64,000 nucleotides of DNA from an uncultured Lentisphaerota bacterium (GTDB lineage: Bacteria; Verrucomicrobiota; Lentisphaeria; Oligosphaerales; CAITYL01), in assembly GCA_903896595.1 (NCBI GenBank), contig CAITYL010000398.1:7084-71083 (forward strand), given 5' to 3'. A program made the translations under genes and the position numbers. This document shows, in pieces, positions 49,320 to 58,868 of this stretch. The notes under the pieces were generated by a model. It did not search any database. It was not told where the DNA came from and saw only the letters and a list, made by a program, of their open reading frames with translations. Within the stretch, counting starts at the first letter, position 1. The number at the start of each line of letters is the position of its first letter.

Positions 49320-51773
49320 ATGAACACGAAGAAAATAAGATCAATGTATAACCGATTGCTCGTATCATTTCTAGTGCTGCTTTTCTGTGTCGGCTGCGCG
49401 GGGCAGACCGAAACCAAAATAAGGACACTCGCCACCACTCATCGATCCGTCGCCATCGCCAGCAACGGCACCCCGCAAGTACCGATCGTGCTGGTTGAGC
49501 ATCCCACTGCGGCGGAACAGCAAGCTGCGGAGGAATTGCGGGACTATTTGAAGAAGATCACCGGTGGCACATTCCCGATCATCGCGGAGTCCGCCTACAC
49601 CTCTGGCAACTCGATCCAGGTGGGCAACACCGCCAAGGCCCGGGCCAAGGGCATTGATGGCGCGGCGTTCGCGGCCGAGCAGTGGCAGGTAAAAGTCACC
49701 GGTGGCAACCTCTATTTGAACGGCGGCCGCCCCGGCGGGACGCTCTATGCCGTTTATCACTTCCTGGAAGAGCAATGCGGCGTGCGCTGGTGGGGACCGG
49801 GGGAAGAAACGTGCCCCGTCAATGCCAATCTTGACCTTGCGGAAAGCGCGACCGCCGGAAAGCCGACAATCCCGATTCGCGACATCTATTGGTGGGATCC
49901 CGTCACCGCCGCCCACAACCGCCTCAATGTATATGCCGGCAAAGCGCTGATCAGCGGGAACGGGGAATCGATCACCTATGCCATGGCCGCCGTCAAGGAC
50001 GACCTCGGCAATAATGTCCATTGCAATGGCACCTACATCAACCCCGACAGCTACTTTGCCGCACATCCCGAATGGTTTTCCGCAGACGAGAGCGGAACGC
50101 GCCAGAACAACGGGCAACTCTGCCTGACCAATCCCGCCATGCGCCGGCAATACCTGGCCAATCTCTTGGCCAACATCGCCAAGTGCAAAAAAACGGCGGC
50201 AAAAGCTGGCACCCCCGCACCTAAGTTTTACGACGTGTCGCAAAACGACAATGAGCGCTACTGCCGGTGCGCGGCCTGCACGGCCATCGCCCAGGCCGAG
50301 GGGGCGCAGTCGGGGCCGATTCTCGACTTCGCCAACTGGCTGGCCGATCAGGTTGCCGCCAAACATCCCGAAGTCACCCTCTCCGTTCTCGCCTACATGT
50401 ATTCCGAAGAACCCCCCGCGACCTTGAAGCCGCGGAATAATCTGGCCATCCGGCTCTGCGATACCGTGAGTAACTACCTCCAGCCCATCACCCACCCCGA
50501 TAACGCCGTGTTCAAACGAAAGCTTGACCTTTGGTCGGACAAAGCGGGAACGGCCGGCATCCATATTTGGAAATATGCCAAAACCTATGATTTCTTCGGC
50601 TCGTTCCCCACCCCCAACCTGCGGGCCATGCACGAGGATTTTGCCTATTACGCCAAGCATCAGGTGAAGTCAATTGTGGCCGAACATGAGTACGCGCCGA
50701 CCACCGACATGTGGGTCTACAAAAATTGGCTGATCGCCAAGCTGATGGAAAACCCGGCGGTCGATTTTGATGCCTTGCAGGCCAAGTTTTGCAACGGTTA
50801 CTTCGGCGCGGGCGGCGCTCAACTGATCGCCTATCTCAAGCTGATGGAAACGCACGCCTTAGCCACCCGCTCTTCCTGTCACTGGCAAACCGCCCCCGAG
50901 CACGTGCCACATCTGAATCAAGCCTTCTATGACCAGGCACAGAAATGCTTTGACGCTGCCTTGGCGGCGGCAATCGATAATGCCACGGCGGTGCGCCGCA
51001 TTAAACTGGCCCGCCTGCCGCTCGACCGTTCCCAAGTCCGGCTGATCAGCCTTGGCCTGGTCAAAGGCGACAAGGCCACCCTTGCTGCCCGTTACCGCGC
51101 CGCCTGGCATGAACAGGTCGAGCAATACGCAGGCAAGGCCAACTGGCCGCAGGCGAAGTTCCAAGCCGATGCCGACTGTGACCGGCAAACGCAAAGTGCA
51201 ACCTATGTCCCGCCGCCGGTCGGCGTCCCCGGTGTGAAGCCGGGCGATGTCGTGCTTGACCAGCATGCCGCCGGGAGCCCCCAAAGTTATGCCACCATTG
51301 TCCATGACCCCGAGGCCTCCTCCGGAATCACCACGAAATGGCTACTCCAAGATAAAGAGGCGGGGAAATACGCGATGCCCATGCCACTGGGCCTCTACAG
51401 CAAAAGCGGCAGGATCGACCGGCAAATCGCCGTGCGTGACCTTCCCGGCCCCGGCTATCATTGGTATAAGATTGGCACCGGGCCAATCCACGCCGACAGC
51501 ACCATTTGGGCCACTTGGCTATGGCAGATGGGAGTAAGGGTTTGCGAACTCTACGACAAACACCATCCGACCCAGACCTATGAAGTTTGGGTAAACCTCA
51601 AATTCGAAGGCCCCCGGTTCGGACTTGCCGGCCGGCCCAACGCCGTCTATTTGGAACGTGCCGTGCTGGTAAAGCGCGCTCCAGCCGATGACCGTAAACA
51701 ACCGGCCGGCGGCGAGGCCTCCTCACCGGCAAATCCATTATCCCCCAGCAAACCGGTGCGTAAAGATCCATGA
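49320..51773 (+). CDS. DUF4838-like putative glycoside hydrolase lipoprotein
   Basis: From ATG 49320: MNTKKIRSMYNRLLVSFLVLLFCVGCAG (lipoprotein-like signal). GGTLYAVYHFLEEQCGVRWW is typical of the DUF4838/GH20b-like N-terminus as I recall it. Confidence 0.6.
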   Translation: MNTKKIRSMYNRLLVSFLVLLFCVGCAGQTETKIRTLATTHRSVAIASNGTPQVPIVLVEHPTAAEQQAAEELRDYLKKITGGTFPIIAESAYTSGNSIQVGNTAKARAKGIDGAAFAAEQWQVKVTGGNLYLNGGRPGGTLYAVYHFLEEQCGVRWWGPGEETCPVNANLDLAESATAGKPTIPIRDIYWWDPVTAAHNRLNVYAGKALISGNGESITYAMAAVKDDLGNNVHCNGTYINPDSYFAAHPEWFSADESGTRQNNGQLCLTNPAMRRQYLANLLANIAKCKKTAAKAGTPAPKFYDVSQNDNERYCRCAACTAIAQAEGAQSGPILDFANWLADQVAAKHPEVTLSVLAYMYSEEPPATLKPRNNLAIRLCDTVSNYLQPITHPDNAVFKRKLDLWSDKAGTAGIHIWKYAKTYDFFGSFPTPNLRAMHEDFAYYAKHQVKSIVAEHEYAPTTDMWVYKNWLIAKLMENPAVDFDALQAKFCNGYFGAGGAQLIAYLKLMETHALATRSSCHWQTAPEHVPHLNQAFYDQAQKCFDAALAAAIDNATAVRRIKLARLPLDRSQVRLISLGLVKGDKATLAARYRAAWHEQVEQYAGKANWPQAKFQADADCDRQTQSATYVPPPVGVPGVKPGDVVLDQHAAGSPQSYATIVHDPEASSGITTKWLLQDKEAGKYAMPMPLGLYSKSGRIDRQIAVRDLPGPGYHWYKIGTGPIHADSTIWATWLWQMGVRVCELYDKHHPTQTYEVWVNLKFEGPRFGLAGRPNAVYLERAVLVKRAPADDRKQPAGGEASSPANPLSPSKPVRKDP

Positions 51774-53914
51774 ACCCCATCTATTGGTCACTTCCTGATG
51801 CCCCCGCCTGGTCGGCGCTGCGTGCCGAAGCCGTGGAACTGCTGGGACCGTCCACGGCCGCCACGGGAATCCGCGTTATCGTCACGTCTGCCGGGACAGG
51901 CGCTGCCGCGCCAGCCGGGTTCACCCTGGAGCGCCAGGCCGCGCCGGACGGCGCCGTCGAGTACCGCGTGATCGCGGGAACGCCGGCCGCCGCCGCCCAC
52001 GGGTTCCATCACCTGTTGCGCCTGGCCGGGTTCGGCTTCAGCTTCTTTGCCGACGCCCCGCCGGCGGAGTTCGCACCGCGCTGGCCCGTCACCGGGGATA
52101 GCTATCACGGCATTCCGGATTTCAGCGTGCGCGGCCTGCTGCCCTGGCACAATTTTCTCAATAGCCCAACCGTCTGGAACCCAGAGGATTATCAGCGTTA
52201 TTTGAAGACGATTTGGCGCTGGGGCGGCAACACCGCGCTGTTCCACAACTACGACGAGGAACCGCTGGCGGCATTCCCCGATCCCGTCACCGGCCAATGG
52301 CGCGCCGGCAAACGGATGGACACCACGTTTGACGCGCCATGGGGCGGGGTCAAGGGGATCAAGCTTGACGCGTTCGGCCATGGCACCAGCGCGCTATTTC
52401 CCTTCAATCAGGATGGTGCCTGGGGTGCGCGCAACGCCTTCGCCGCCGATCCCATCGCCGCCGCGCAGGCGGAGTTCGCCGATGCCTCCGCGTTCGGTGC
52501 CAGCCTGGGTTTGAACATCGTGTTCGGCTTCGAACTGCTTGGCGACCCCTCCTGGCCCGGCTACCGCGACCTGCTCGCCGCGCGGCTCCGCCATGTGCTC
52601 GCCGCGTATCCATCGCTCGGCACGCTCTGCCTCTGGGAGCAGGAAGGACACGGGGTGCGCGGGTGGCTGGATGGTGCCTGCTCGGCGGGCCTCGCCAGCT
52701 TGGAGGAAACGTTCGGTAACGCCTTCGATGGCTTGAAAACCTCTTCGCCCGCACGCTATCGCGAGGGCTTGCGACTGGCGGCCCTCTTTGGGATGGCCTA
52801 TGAAATCGTCCGCGAAATTCGTCCGAATATCCGCATCGCCTTCGCGGGCTGGGGCGGCGACCGCTGGATGCGCTGGGGTGATTACTGGCCGGGCCTGCAT
52901 CGCATCCTGCCGCCGGATGCCATCCTCGCGCAACTCGACAACATCATGCCGCACAGCGCCGACCGTGTGGCCAGCGTCCCCGCCGAGCTCGCCCGTGAAC
53001 GGGAGCTGTGGTCCATTCCCTGGGTCGAGTCCGATGGCGGCGGCGGTGCCCACGCCAGCCAATGGCACCCGCAGGAGGCCGTGGCGCAACAGGCCAAGCT
53101 CGCCCAGTCGGCCCACGCCCTGGGCTATCAGGGACTGCTCGGCATCCACTGGCAAACCGCCGGTTGCGAAGTCAACGCCATGCACCTGGTGCAGGCCGCG
53201 GGTTGGCGGGCCGCCAGCTCCATGCCCGAGTTCTATGCGGCATACGCCCAAACCTTTTTCACCCGCAGCAGCGTTGCCATCGAGGTCGCTGCCATTCTCG
53301 CGGAACTTGAAGCGCTCGGCCCCTCCTGGACCGGGAACGGACAGCAGACCGAATGCTCTCTTTTTGAGTGGGACTCCATGCCCCGCCTCTCGCCCGAGGG
53401 CACCATTCCAAACGCTTTGGCCAAGCTTGAAGAACCGCTGTGGGCGGCGCGGGCGGCGATGTTCGCCACCCCCGAGGTGGAGGTCCGCATCATCTGCCAT
53501 TTCGACAACCTGCTCTTCCGTTGCGCCACCCAAAAACTGCCGGCGGATGCCTTGCCGCGCCTGGCCACCTTACGCCAGCGCTTCGCCGCCCTCGGTTTGC
53601 GGACTCCGCACGCCCGGCGCCTGCTGGCAACCGTGGATTTTGTACTGGCGTTCGAGGCCATCAAGCGCCAACTGGAACCGCGCGGTGAACTGGCCCGCCG
53701 CCACGCCTTGCTGACGCAAATGACCACCCTCGGACTTCCCCCCGACCCGGGCTGGCAGGCGGATTACAACCGGCGGCGACAGACCGTGGCGGCACTTTGG
53801 CCCGCCCTGTTTGCCGCGCAACAAGCGCGCCTCGACACCGTGGGCGACTACGGTAATCTCGCCAATCTCAACCTCAAAGCCTGGCAAGCGTGGCACCTTT
53901 TTGCTGAGGCCTAA
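51770..53914 (+). CDS. hypothetical TIM-barrel glycoside-hydrolase-like protein
   Basis: ATGA overlap with the upstream gene. IPDFSVRGLLPWHNF ... YLKTIWRWGGNTALFHNY resembles the start of GH20/GH67/GH115-type barrels. Family unresolved. Confidence 0.55.
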   Translation: MNPIYWSLPDAPAWSALRAEAVELLGPSTAATGIRVIVTSAGTGAAAPAGFTLERQAAPDGAVEYRVIAGTPAAAAHGFHHLLRLAGFGFSFFADAPPAEFAPRWPVTGDSYHGIPDFSVRGLLPWHNFLNSPTVWNPEDYQRYLKTIWRWGGNTALFHNYDEEPLAAFPDPVTGQWRAGKRMDTTFDAPWGGVKGIKLDAFGHGTSALFPFNQDGAWGARNAFAADPIAAAQAEFADASAFGASLGLNIVFGFELLGDPSWPGYRDLLAARLRHVLAAYPSLGTLCLWEQEGHGVRGWLDGACSAGLASLEETFGNAFDGLKTSSPARYREGLRLAALFGMAYEIVREIRPNIRIAFAGWGGDRWMRWGDYWPGLHRILPPDAILAQLDNIMPHSADRVASVPAELARERELWSIPWVESDGGGGAHASQWHPQEAVAQQAKLAQSAHALGYQGLLGIHWQTAGCEVNAMHLVQAAGWRAASSMPEFYAAYAQTFFTRSSVAIEVAAILAELEALGPSWTGNGQQTECSLFEWDSMPRLSPEGTIPNALAKLEEPLWAARAAMFATPEVEVRIICHFDNLLFRCATQKLPADALPRLATLRQRFAALGLRTPHARRLLATVDFVLAFEAIKRQLEPRGELARRHALLTQMTTLGLPPDPGWQADYNRRRQTVAALWPALFAAQQARLDTVGDYGNLANLNLKAWQAWHLFAEA

Positions 53915-53990
53915 ATCCCCCACCGCAACTTAACCCGGCCTAGCCGGAACCCAAACATCCTGCGTTAGGATAAAAAGTTAACTTTTTCAC

Positions 53991-54094
53991 AACCGCAGAG
54001 TGACGAATATTGAGGTCCGAATAACGAAGGAAATCAACTGAAAAACAGCAACGACCTCAAGATTCTGCGGTTCAACATTCGGCAATCTGCGGTT
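53991..54094. repeat. structured lower-GC spacer with alternative pairings
   Basis: aaccgcaga (53991-53999) can pair with tctgcggtt (54064-54072), or, over its first 8 nt, with the second ctgcggtt (54087-94). Other pairs are ttgaggtc/gacctcaa (54010-17/54053-60) and ccgaat/attcgg (54017-22/54077-82). Confidence 0.5.
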
Positions 54095-54124
54095 TAATTA
54101 AATTTTCACCCTAGGACTAACCCC

Positions 54125-55204
54125 ATGACTCCCCGTGATAATTTCCTCCAGGCCATGCGGCGGCAAAACCCGGCGTGGACGCCGTTCGAGTTCAGCCTGT
54201 CCACCGGCTACCGCCCCATTCTGGAGCGGGAACTGGGGCCGGGGCTGGACTTGGCCACGCACTTCCACTTCGCCACGCGCTGGCTCGGGCCGACCACCGG
54301 CACGACGCGGGCGACGCCGGATTGGCGGGCGCTTTATTATCGCGACCTTGAACTGCCGCCGGAAACCGTGATCGACCCCGAGTGGGGCGTCGCCCGCGTC
54401 TATCATGCGGCCACCGACGACGAGCGGATGTTCGCGCCGCTGCGCGAGATCGAGACGGAAGCTGATTTGGACGCCTATCCCTGGCCGGACGATGTGGCCT
54501 CGCCGCACCGTTACGCCGGGGTCGCCGAGCAAGTGCGGCGTCAGCAAGACCAAGGCTTCGCCACGGTGGTCGGCGGGCTCAATTTTTTTGAGGAACCGTG
54601 GGCGCGCACCGGCTTCGAGAAAATGATGCTCGGCATGGCGGGCGATGAGCCGTGGGCGCGGAAGCTATTTATGAAGCACGCCGCCGACCAGGTCGGCATC
54701 GCGGAACAAGTGGCTCGCACCGGGGCGGATGTGCTGTACTCCAGCAGCGACGTCGCCACCCAACTCGCGCCGCTGCTCAGCCCCGGTATGTGGCGCGACT
54801 GGCTGTTCCCCATGATGCGCGACGCCATTGCCGCCGCCAAGCGGATCAAGCCCGACCTGCTGGTCTTCTATCACAGTTGCGGCAATGTTGAGCCGCTGAT
54901 CCCCGGCTTCATTGAAGCGGGCGTGGACATTCTCAACCCGCTCCAACCGGAAGCAATGGATATTTTCGCCATCAAGCAACGCTTTGGCGAGCGCCTTTCC
55001 TTCTGGGGCGGCATCGGCACCCAAAGTCTCCTGCCCCACGGCACCCCGCAACAGGTGCGCGACACCGTGCGCCGCACCATTGACGCCATGAGCGCCAACG
55101 GCGGTGGCTATCTCTGTTCTCCCGCTCACATGATTCGCCCGGAAGTGCCGTGGGCGAATGTCATGGCGTTCAGCGAAACCGTTCAGGAGCTGGGGCACCC
55201 ATGA
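54125..55204 (+). CDS. uroporphyrinogen decarboxylase (URO-D) family protein, MtaA/CmuA-like
   Basis: C-terminal half FYHSCGNVEPLIPGFIEAGVDILNPLQPEAMD ... FWGGIGTQSLLPHGTPQQVRDTV ... GGGYLCSPAH is the classic URO-D-family layout. Confidence 0.75.
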   Translation: MTPRDNFLQAMRRQNPAWTPFEFSLSTGYRPILERELGPGLDLATHFHFATRWLGPTTGTTRATPDWRALYYRDLELPPETVIDPEWGVARVYHAATDDERMFAPLREIETEADLDAYPWPDDVASPHRYAGVAEQVRRQQDQGFATVVGGLNFFEEPWARTGFEKMMLGMAGDEPWARKLFMKHAADQVGIAEQVARTGADVLYSSSDVATQLAPLLSPGMWRDWLFPMMRDAIAAAKRIKPDLLVFYHSCGNVEPLIPGFIEAGVDILNPLQPEAMDIFAIKQRFGERLSFWGGIGTQSLLPHGTPQQVRDTVRRTIDAMSANGGGYLCSPAHMIRPEVPWANVMAFSETVQELGHP

Positions 55205-56355
55205 GGACTACTCCTGAGACCCGAATCAAGGACGCCGCCGCCGGTTTCAAGGCCGAACTTGATGCCCACCCGGAGTGCCGCGCCGATCTCCGCGCCGAGG
55301 CAGCCCTAGCCGGCATCCCCCACCCGCATGCGGTGTTCGGCCTGGGCCGGTTCCCCGACCTCGATCAAGGCGAGGGCAAGCCTGCCCCACCCGCCCCGCC
55401 CAAAGCGCCGGAAGAACGGTTGCTCGACTACCTGAAAGCCGCCGCCGCTCCCGTGGCCATGCTCAACCCCATTTCGCCGGTGCGCGGTTTGGGCAAAGGG
55501 CCAGGCACGCTGGCCGCCTCCTTCGGCATCCGTCTCAATCCCGAACTGGGCTTCACACCGGATGGCAACCGCCCGCTGGCCGATGTCCTCCGCGAAGGGC
55601 TCCCCTGCCCGGAGACCAGCGGCGTCTTCCCGGAGATGCGCGAAGACATCGAAGTCACCAAGACATTCACACCGCCCTGGCTGAAACTGGCGTTGCCGGA
55701 CATGCAGGGGCCGTTCAACCTCGCCCACATGATCTTGGGCAGTGAAGCGTTCCTCGCGCCGCTCACCGAGCCGGACGAGTGGAAAGCCTTCATGACTCTG
55801 GTCACGGATTTCTTCATTGCCACGCATCAGACCTTGACCCGCTGGATCGGCCCGGAACGCCTCTGCACCCTGCCCTTCCATTACCACCGCATTGCGGAAT
55901 GCAGCGTGAATTTGATTTCGCGCGACTTCTATCTGGAGCACGTGTTGGAGTATGACCACCGCGTTGCCACGCACTTCGGCAAGGTCGCCATCCATCCCTG
56001 CAGCGGCCCGCACGTCTTCCACGCCACGCTGGAGAATCTGCCGGACATCGTCTACACCGAGGCGGGCAACATAATCAACCCGATGACCGCCGGCTCGATC
56101 AAAGTGGACGCAGCGCTCGCCGCCATTGGCTCGCGGCCGATCATGCTAAGCGTCGGCGAAGAGTTACCGGCGGGCGGCGAGGAAGCGGTCATGCGCCGCT
56201 GGCTCGGCGTCGCCGCCCGCAATCCACGGGTCATGTGCGCCGGCTTTTGCGGCTTGGGCTGGAAAAAAGCCGACGAGCCGGCCATGCGCGAACTGCATCA
56301 GCGGATGAACGCGTATTACGAGCAGTGTTTCGAGCGCCGGATCGATTTTGGATAA
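55201..56355 (+). CDS. divergent URO-D-family-like protein
   Basis: ATGA overlap with the upstream gene. DMQGPFNLAHMILGSEAFL and AIHPCSGPH resemble the URO-D-family GPFT.A and H.CG blocks. Otherwise divergent. Confidence 0.5.
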   Translation: MRTTPETRIKDAAAGFKAELDAHPECRADLRAEAALAGIPHPHAVFGLGRFPDLDQGEGKPAPPAPPKAPEERLLDYLKAAAAPVAMLNPISPVRGLGKGPGTLAASFGIRLNPELGFTPDGNRPLADVLREGLPCPETSGVFPEMREDIEVTKTFTPPWLKLALPDMQGPFNLAHMILGSEAFLAPLTEPDEWKAFMTLVTDFFIATHQTLTRWIGPERLCTLPFHYHRIAECSVNLISRDFYLEHVLEYDHRVATHFGKVAIHPCSGPHVFHATLENLPDIVYTEAGNIINPMTAGSIKVDAALAAIGSRPIMLSVGEELPAGGEEAVMRRWLGVAARNPRVMCAGFCGLGWKKADEPAMRELHQRMNAYYEQCFERRIDFG

Positions 56356-56368
56356 GGAAAGAAACATC

Positions 56369-58816
56369 ATGCAGACAAGTAAAAACCGCATCATCGGAAC
56401 GCCCGCGGCGACCGACCTGAACTTCGACGGCCCCACGCCGGTCGCCCCGCACGGGCTCGGCGGGATGACCCGCGACCGGTTCGGCAACGGGCGCCTGTTC
56501 GCCACGGTCGGAGCGCACGGCGGACTGCTCAGCGTCAGTTATTGGGGAGAACAGCACCTTGGGGGATCGGGATTCTTCCAAGCGGATCCCGGCACCGCCT
56601 GGATCAAGCTCTTCCGAATGCACATCATGATCGGCGGCAAGCGGTATTATCTGCTCTTGAACAACACCCGGCTCTATCCCTTCGGCTACCGGAGCGAGTG
56701 CGAGATCGAAGGCGTGAAGATCGAGCATGAACTGCTGCTGCTGCCCGACGCCATCGTGCAGCGGGCGAAAGTGGTGCGCAACCCGCGCAAGTTCACCGTT
56801 CAGCTTGAGGTGTTGCACCATGAAGACTGCACCGCCATCGGGGCAGCCAACCGGACCTGGGCGGATTTTGCCTTCGACAAGCAACGCAACGCGCTCGTGA
56901 CCTGTTGCCGCGACGAGAACCCGAATGTCTATCGCGGCGGCGACACCCTGGCGCAACGGGGAATGCCAGCCCTCGGGTTCGAGGTGCATGACGCCCCAAA
57001 GGCCGAGACCTGGATCGCCATCGGCAGCGCCCTCGCGATCACCGCAAAGCGTGGTTACCACGAACGGAGCAAACATTATCTGGTGAGCAAGCCGGCCACC
57101 GATGCCTCGCTGGCGTTCTACATGGTGTTCGGCTCCACGAAAGCCGGCTTCGACAAACGGCTCAAGCAGTTGCCCAAAACCGTCCACGCCGAATGCACGG
57201 AGCTGGTGGCCAGCTACGAGCGGCGGCTGAAAACCCGGCCGCAGGTGGATGTCGGCAACGCGGCGCTGAACTCGTTTTTCATGCAGCAGCCGGAAATAAT
57301 CCACGCCATGGAATTGCCGGACCGTCCGGGCGCCGTGCGCGGCACGCTGGCCGGCTACTTTGTCTGGGGCTGGGACGGCATGACGCCGATGATCCCCTGC
57401 GCCCTGGCCAACGCCCCGGAGACCACGGCGGCGGTCCTGCGTTTCTGGCAGGAGGTTTGCCATCCGCAAATCGGCATTCCGTTGCAGTTGACCACTGCTT
57501 TCGAAGCCCGGCTGAACAACGCCTTTCCCGCCCAGTGCCAATACATCGGCGGCCTTTACCACTATGTCGCCACCACCGGCGACCTCAGCCTCGCGAAAGC
57601 GGTGCTCCCGACCTGCGAGTTCATTCTCGATCAATGCCGGAAGGCGGTGGTGAAGGAGACCGGCCTGGTGGCCGGGACCGCGCTCTGGCCGGACTTCCCG
57701 GAGGCAATGGACGAAGATGGCAATGACATCAGCTCGCTCAATAATTCGTTGATGTATCAAGGCCTGCGTGCCATGGAATACGTCTATGCGGCGCTGGGCC
57801 GAACGAAAGACTCCGTCGCGTGCGGCGCGTGGGCAAAACGCCTGCGGACGAGCTTCGTGAAATACCTCTACGATGAGAAAAAGGGCTATTTCATCTCCTC
57901 CTGCGCGGCGAAGACCCTCAAGCCGCGCAAGCATTATGTCTGCCAGGCGATTTTCTGGATCACGCCATTTGCCCGCGAACTGGTCTCCCATGCGCCGGAC
58001 CGGATCGCCGCCTTCATGGACAAGCACCTGCGCTCGGCCAAGTGCCTGCTTTCCATGCCGCGCTGGGACACCGCCTGGATGGCCGACGGCAATCAACTCG
58101 GCGCCAGTTATCCCACCGCGGACTACTTCTACGTCAACGTCCACAAAATGATCGGCGACGCCACGGGGCTGGAAGCCTGGCTGGGCGATGTGGAATGGTT
58201 CTGGCGGCGGCACACCGCCCCCGAGTCGTTCACTCCCGAGGCGGAGAATGAACATGAAGTGGGCGCGGACAACCAGGGTTGCAAGCAGCTCCAAGCCTGC
58301 TCGACCTGGTATGCCAGTCTCACCATGGGCCTCGCGGGGATGGACTTCGATCACGAGGGAATCACCTTCACTCCGTGGGGTGATCGCGCCCTGACTATTG
58401 GCAACCTGAAACTCCGTGGCGTCACCATTGACCTGAAAATCAGCGGCAGCGGAACCCACATCGGCTCGCTCAAGCTCAATGGTAAACCGTTACCCGCCGG
58501 CTCCCGCAAAATCGCCTGGGCCGCGCTGAAAGGAAAGTCGACCAGGATCGCGCTGGTCCGGTCGAAGAAAGTGCCGAAGCATCCGGTCATCGTCCGTGCG
58601 GACGGGCTCCGGGTCACCGGCGTCGAAACCCGCCCCAACAGCCTCACGGCTCAAATCCACGGCGAGATCTCCGGGGAGGTGGTGGTGGCATCCGCAAAAC
58701 CACCGCGGGTCTTGATCAATGGCCGGGCGCACAAACTCCCGTTTGATCGGGCTTCCAAAACCGTGACCCTCCCGATCCCCGCTCGGAGCGGCGTCGCCAT
58801 CACGATCCGCTTTTAA
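56369..58816 (+). CDS. six-hairpin glycosidase (GDE_C / glycogen-debranching-like fold)
   Basis: From ATG 56369 (AAGGA upstream). LAGYFVWGWDGMTPMIPCALANAPETTAAVLRFW matches the aGyPwF..WGRDt ... iL.f pattern of the GDE_C six-hairpin domain. The antisense 742-aa ORF was rejected. Confidence 0.65.
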   Translation: MQTSKNRIIGTPAATDLNFDGPTPVAPHGLGGMTRDRFGNGRLFATVGAHGGLLSVSYWGEQHLGGSGFFQADPGTAWIKLFRMHIMIGGKRYYLLLNNTRLYPFGYRSECEIEGVKIEHELLLLPDAIVQRAKVVRNPRKFTVQLEVLHHEDCTAIGAANRTWADFAFDKQRNALVTCCRDENPNVYRGGDTLAQRGMPALGFEVHDAPKAETWIAIGSALAITAKRGYHERSKHYLVSKPATDASLAFYMVFGSTKAGFDKRLKQLPKTVHAECTELVASYERRLKTRPQVDVGNAALNSFFMQQPEIIHAMELPDRPGAVRGTLAGYFVWGWDGMTPMIPCALANAPETTAAVLRFWQEVCHPQIGIPLQLTTAFEARLNNAFPAQCQYIGGLYHYVATTGDLSLAKAVLPTCEFILDQCRKAVVKETGLVAGTALWPDFPEAMDEDGNDISSLNNSLMYQGLRAMEYVYAALGRTKDSVACGAWAKRLRTSFVKYLYDEKKGYFISSCAAKTLKPRKHYVCQAIFWITPFARELVSHAPDRIAAFMDKHLRSAKCLLSMPRWDTAWMADGNQLGASYPTADYFYVNVHKMIGDATGLEAWLGDVEWFWRRHTAPESFTPEAENEHEVGADNQGCKQLQACSTWYASLTMGLAGMDFDHEGITFTPWGDRALTIGNLKLRGVTIDLKISGSGTHIGSLKLNGKPLPAGSRKIAWAALKGKSTRIALVRSKKVPKHPVIVRADGLRVTGVETRPNSLTAQIHGEISGEVVVASAKPPRVLINGRAHKLPFDRASKTVTLPIPARSGVAITIRF

Positions 58817-58868
58817 CACGGAATAATCGTAATCTCAACCAAACCATCCATCAAAAATAAACAACCCC

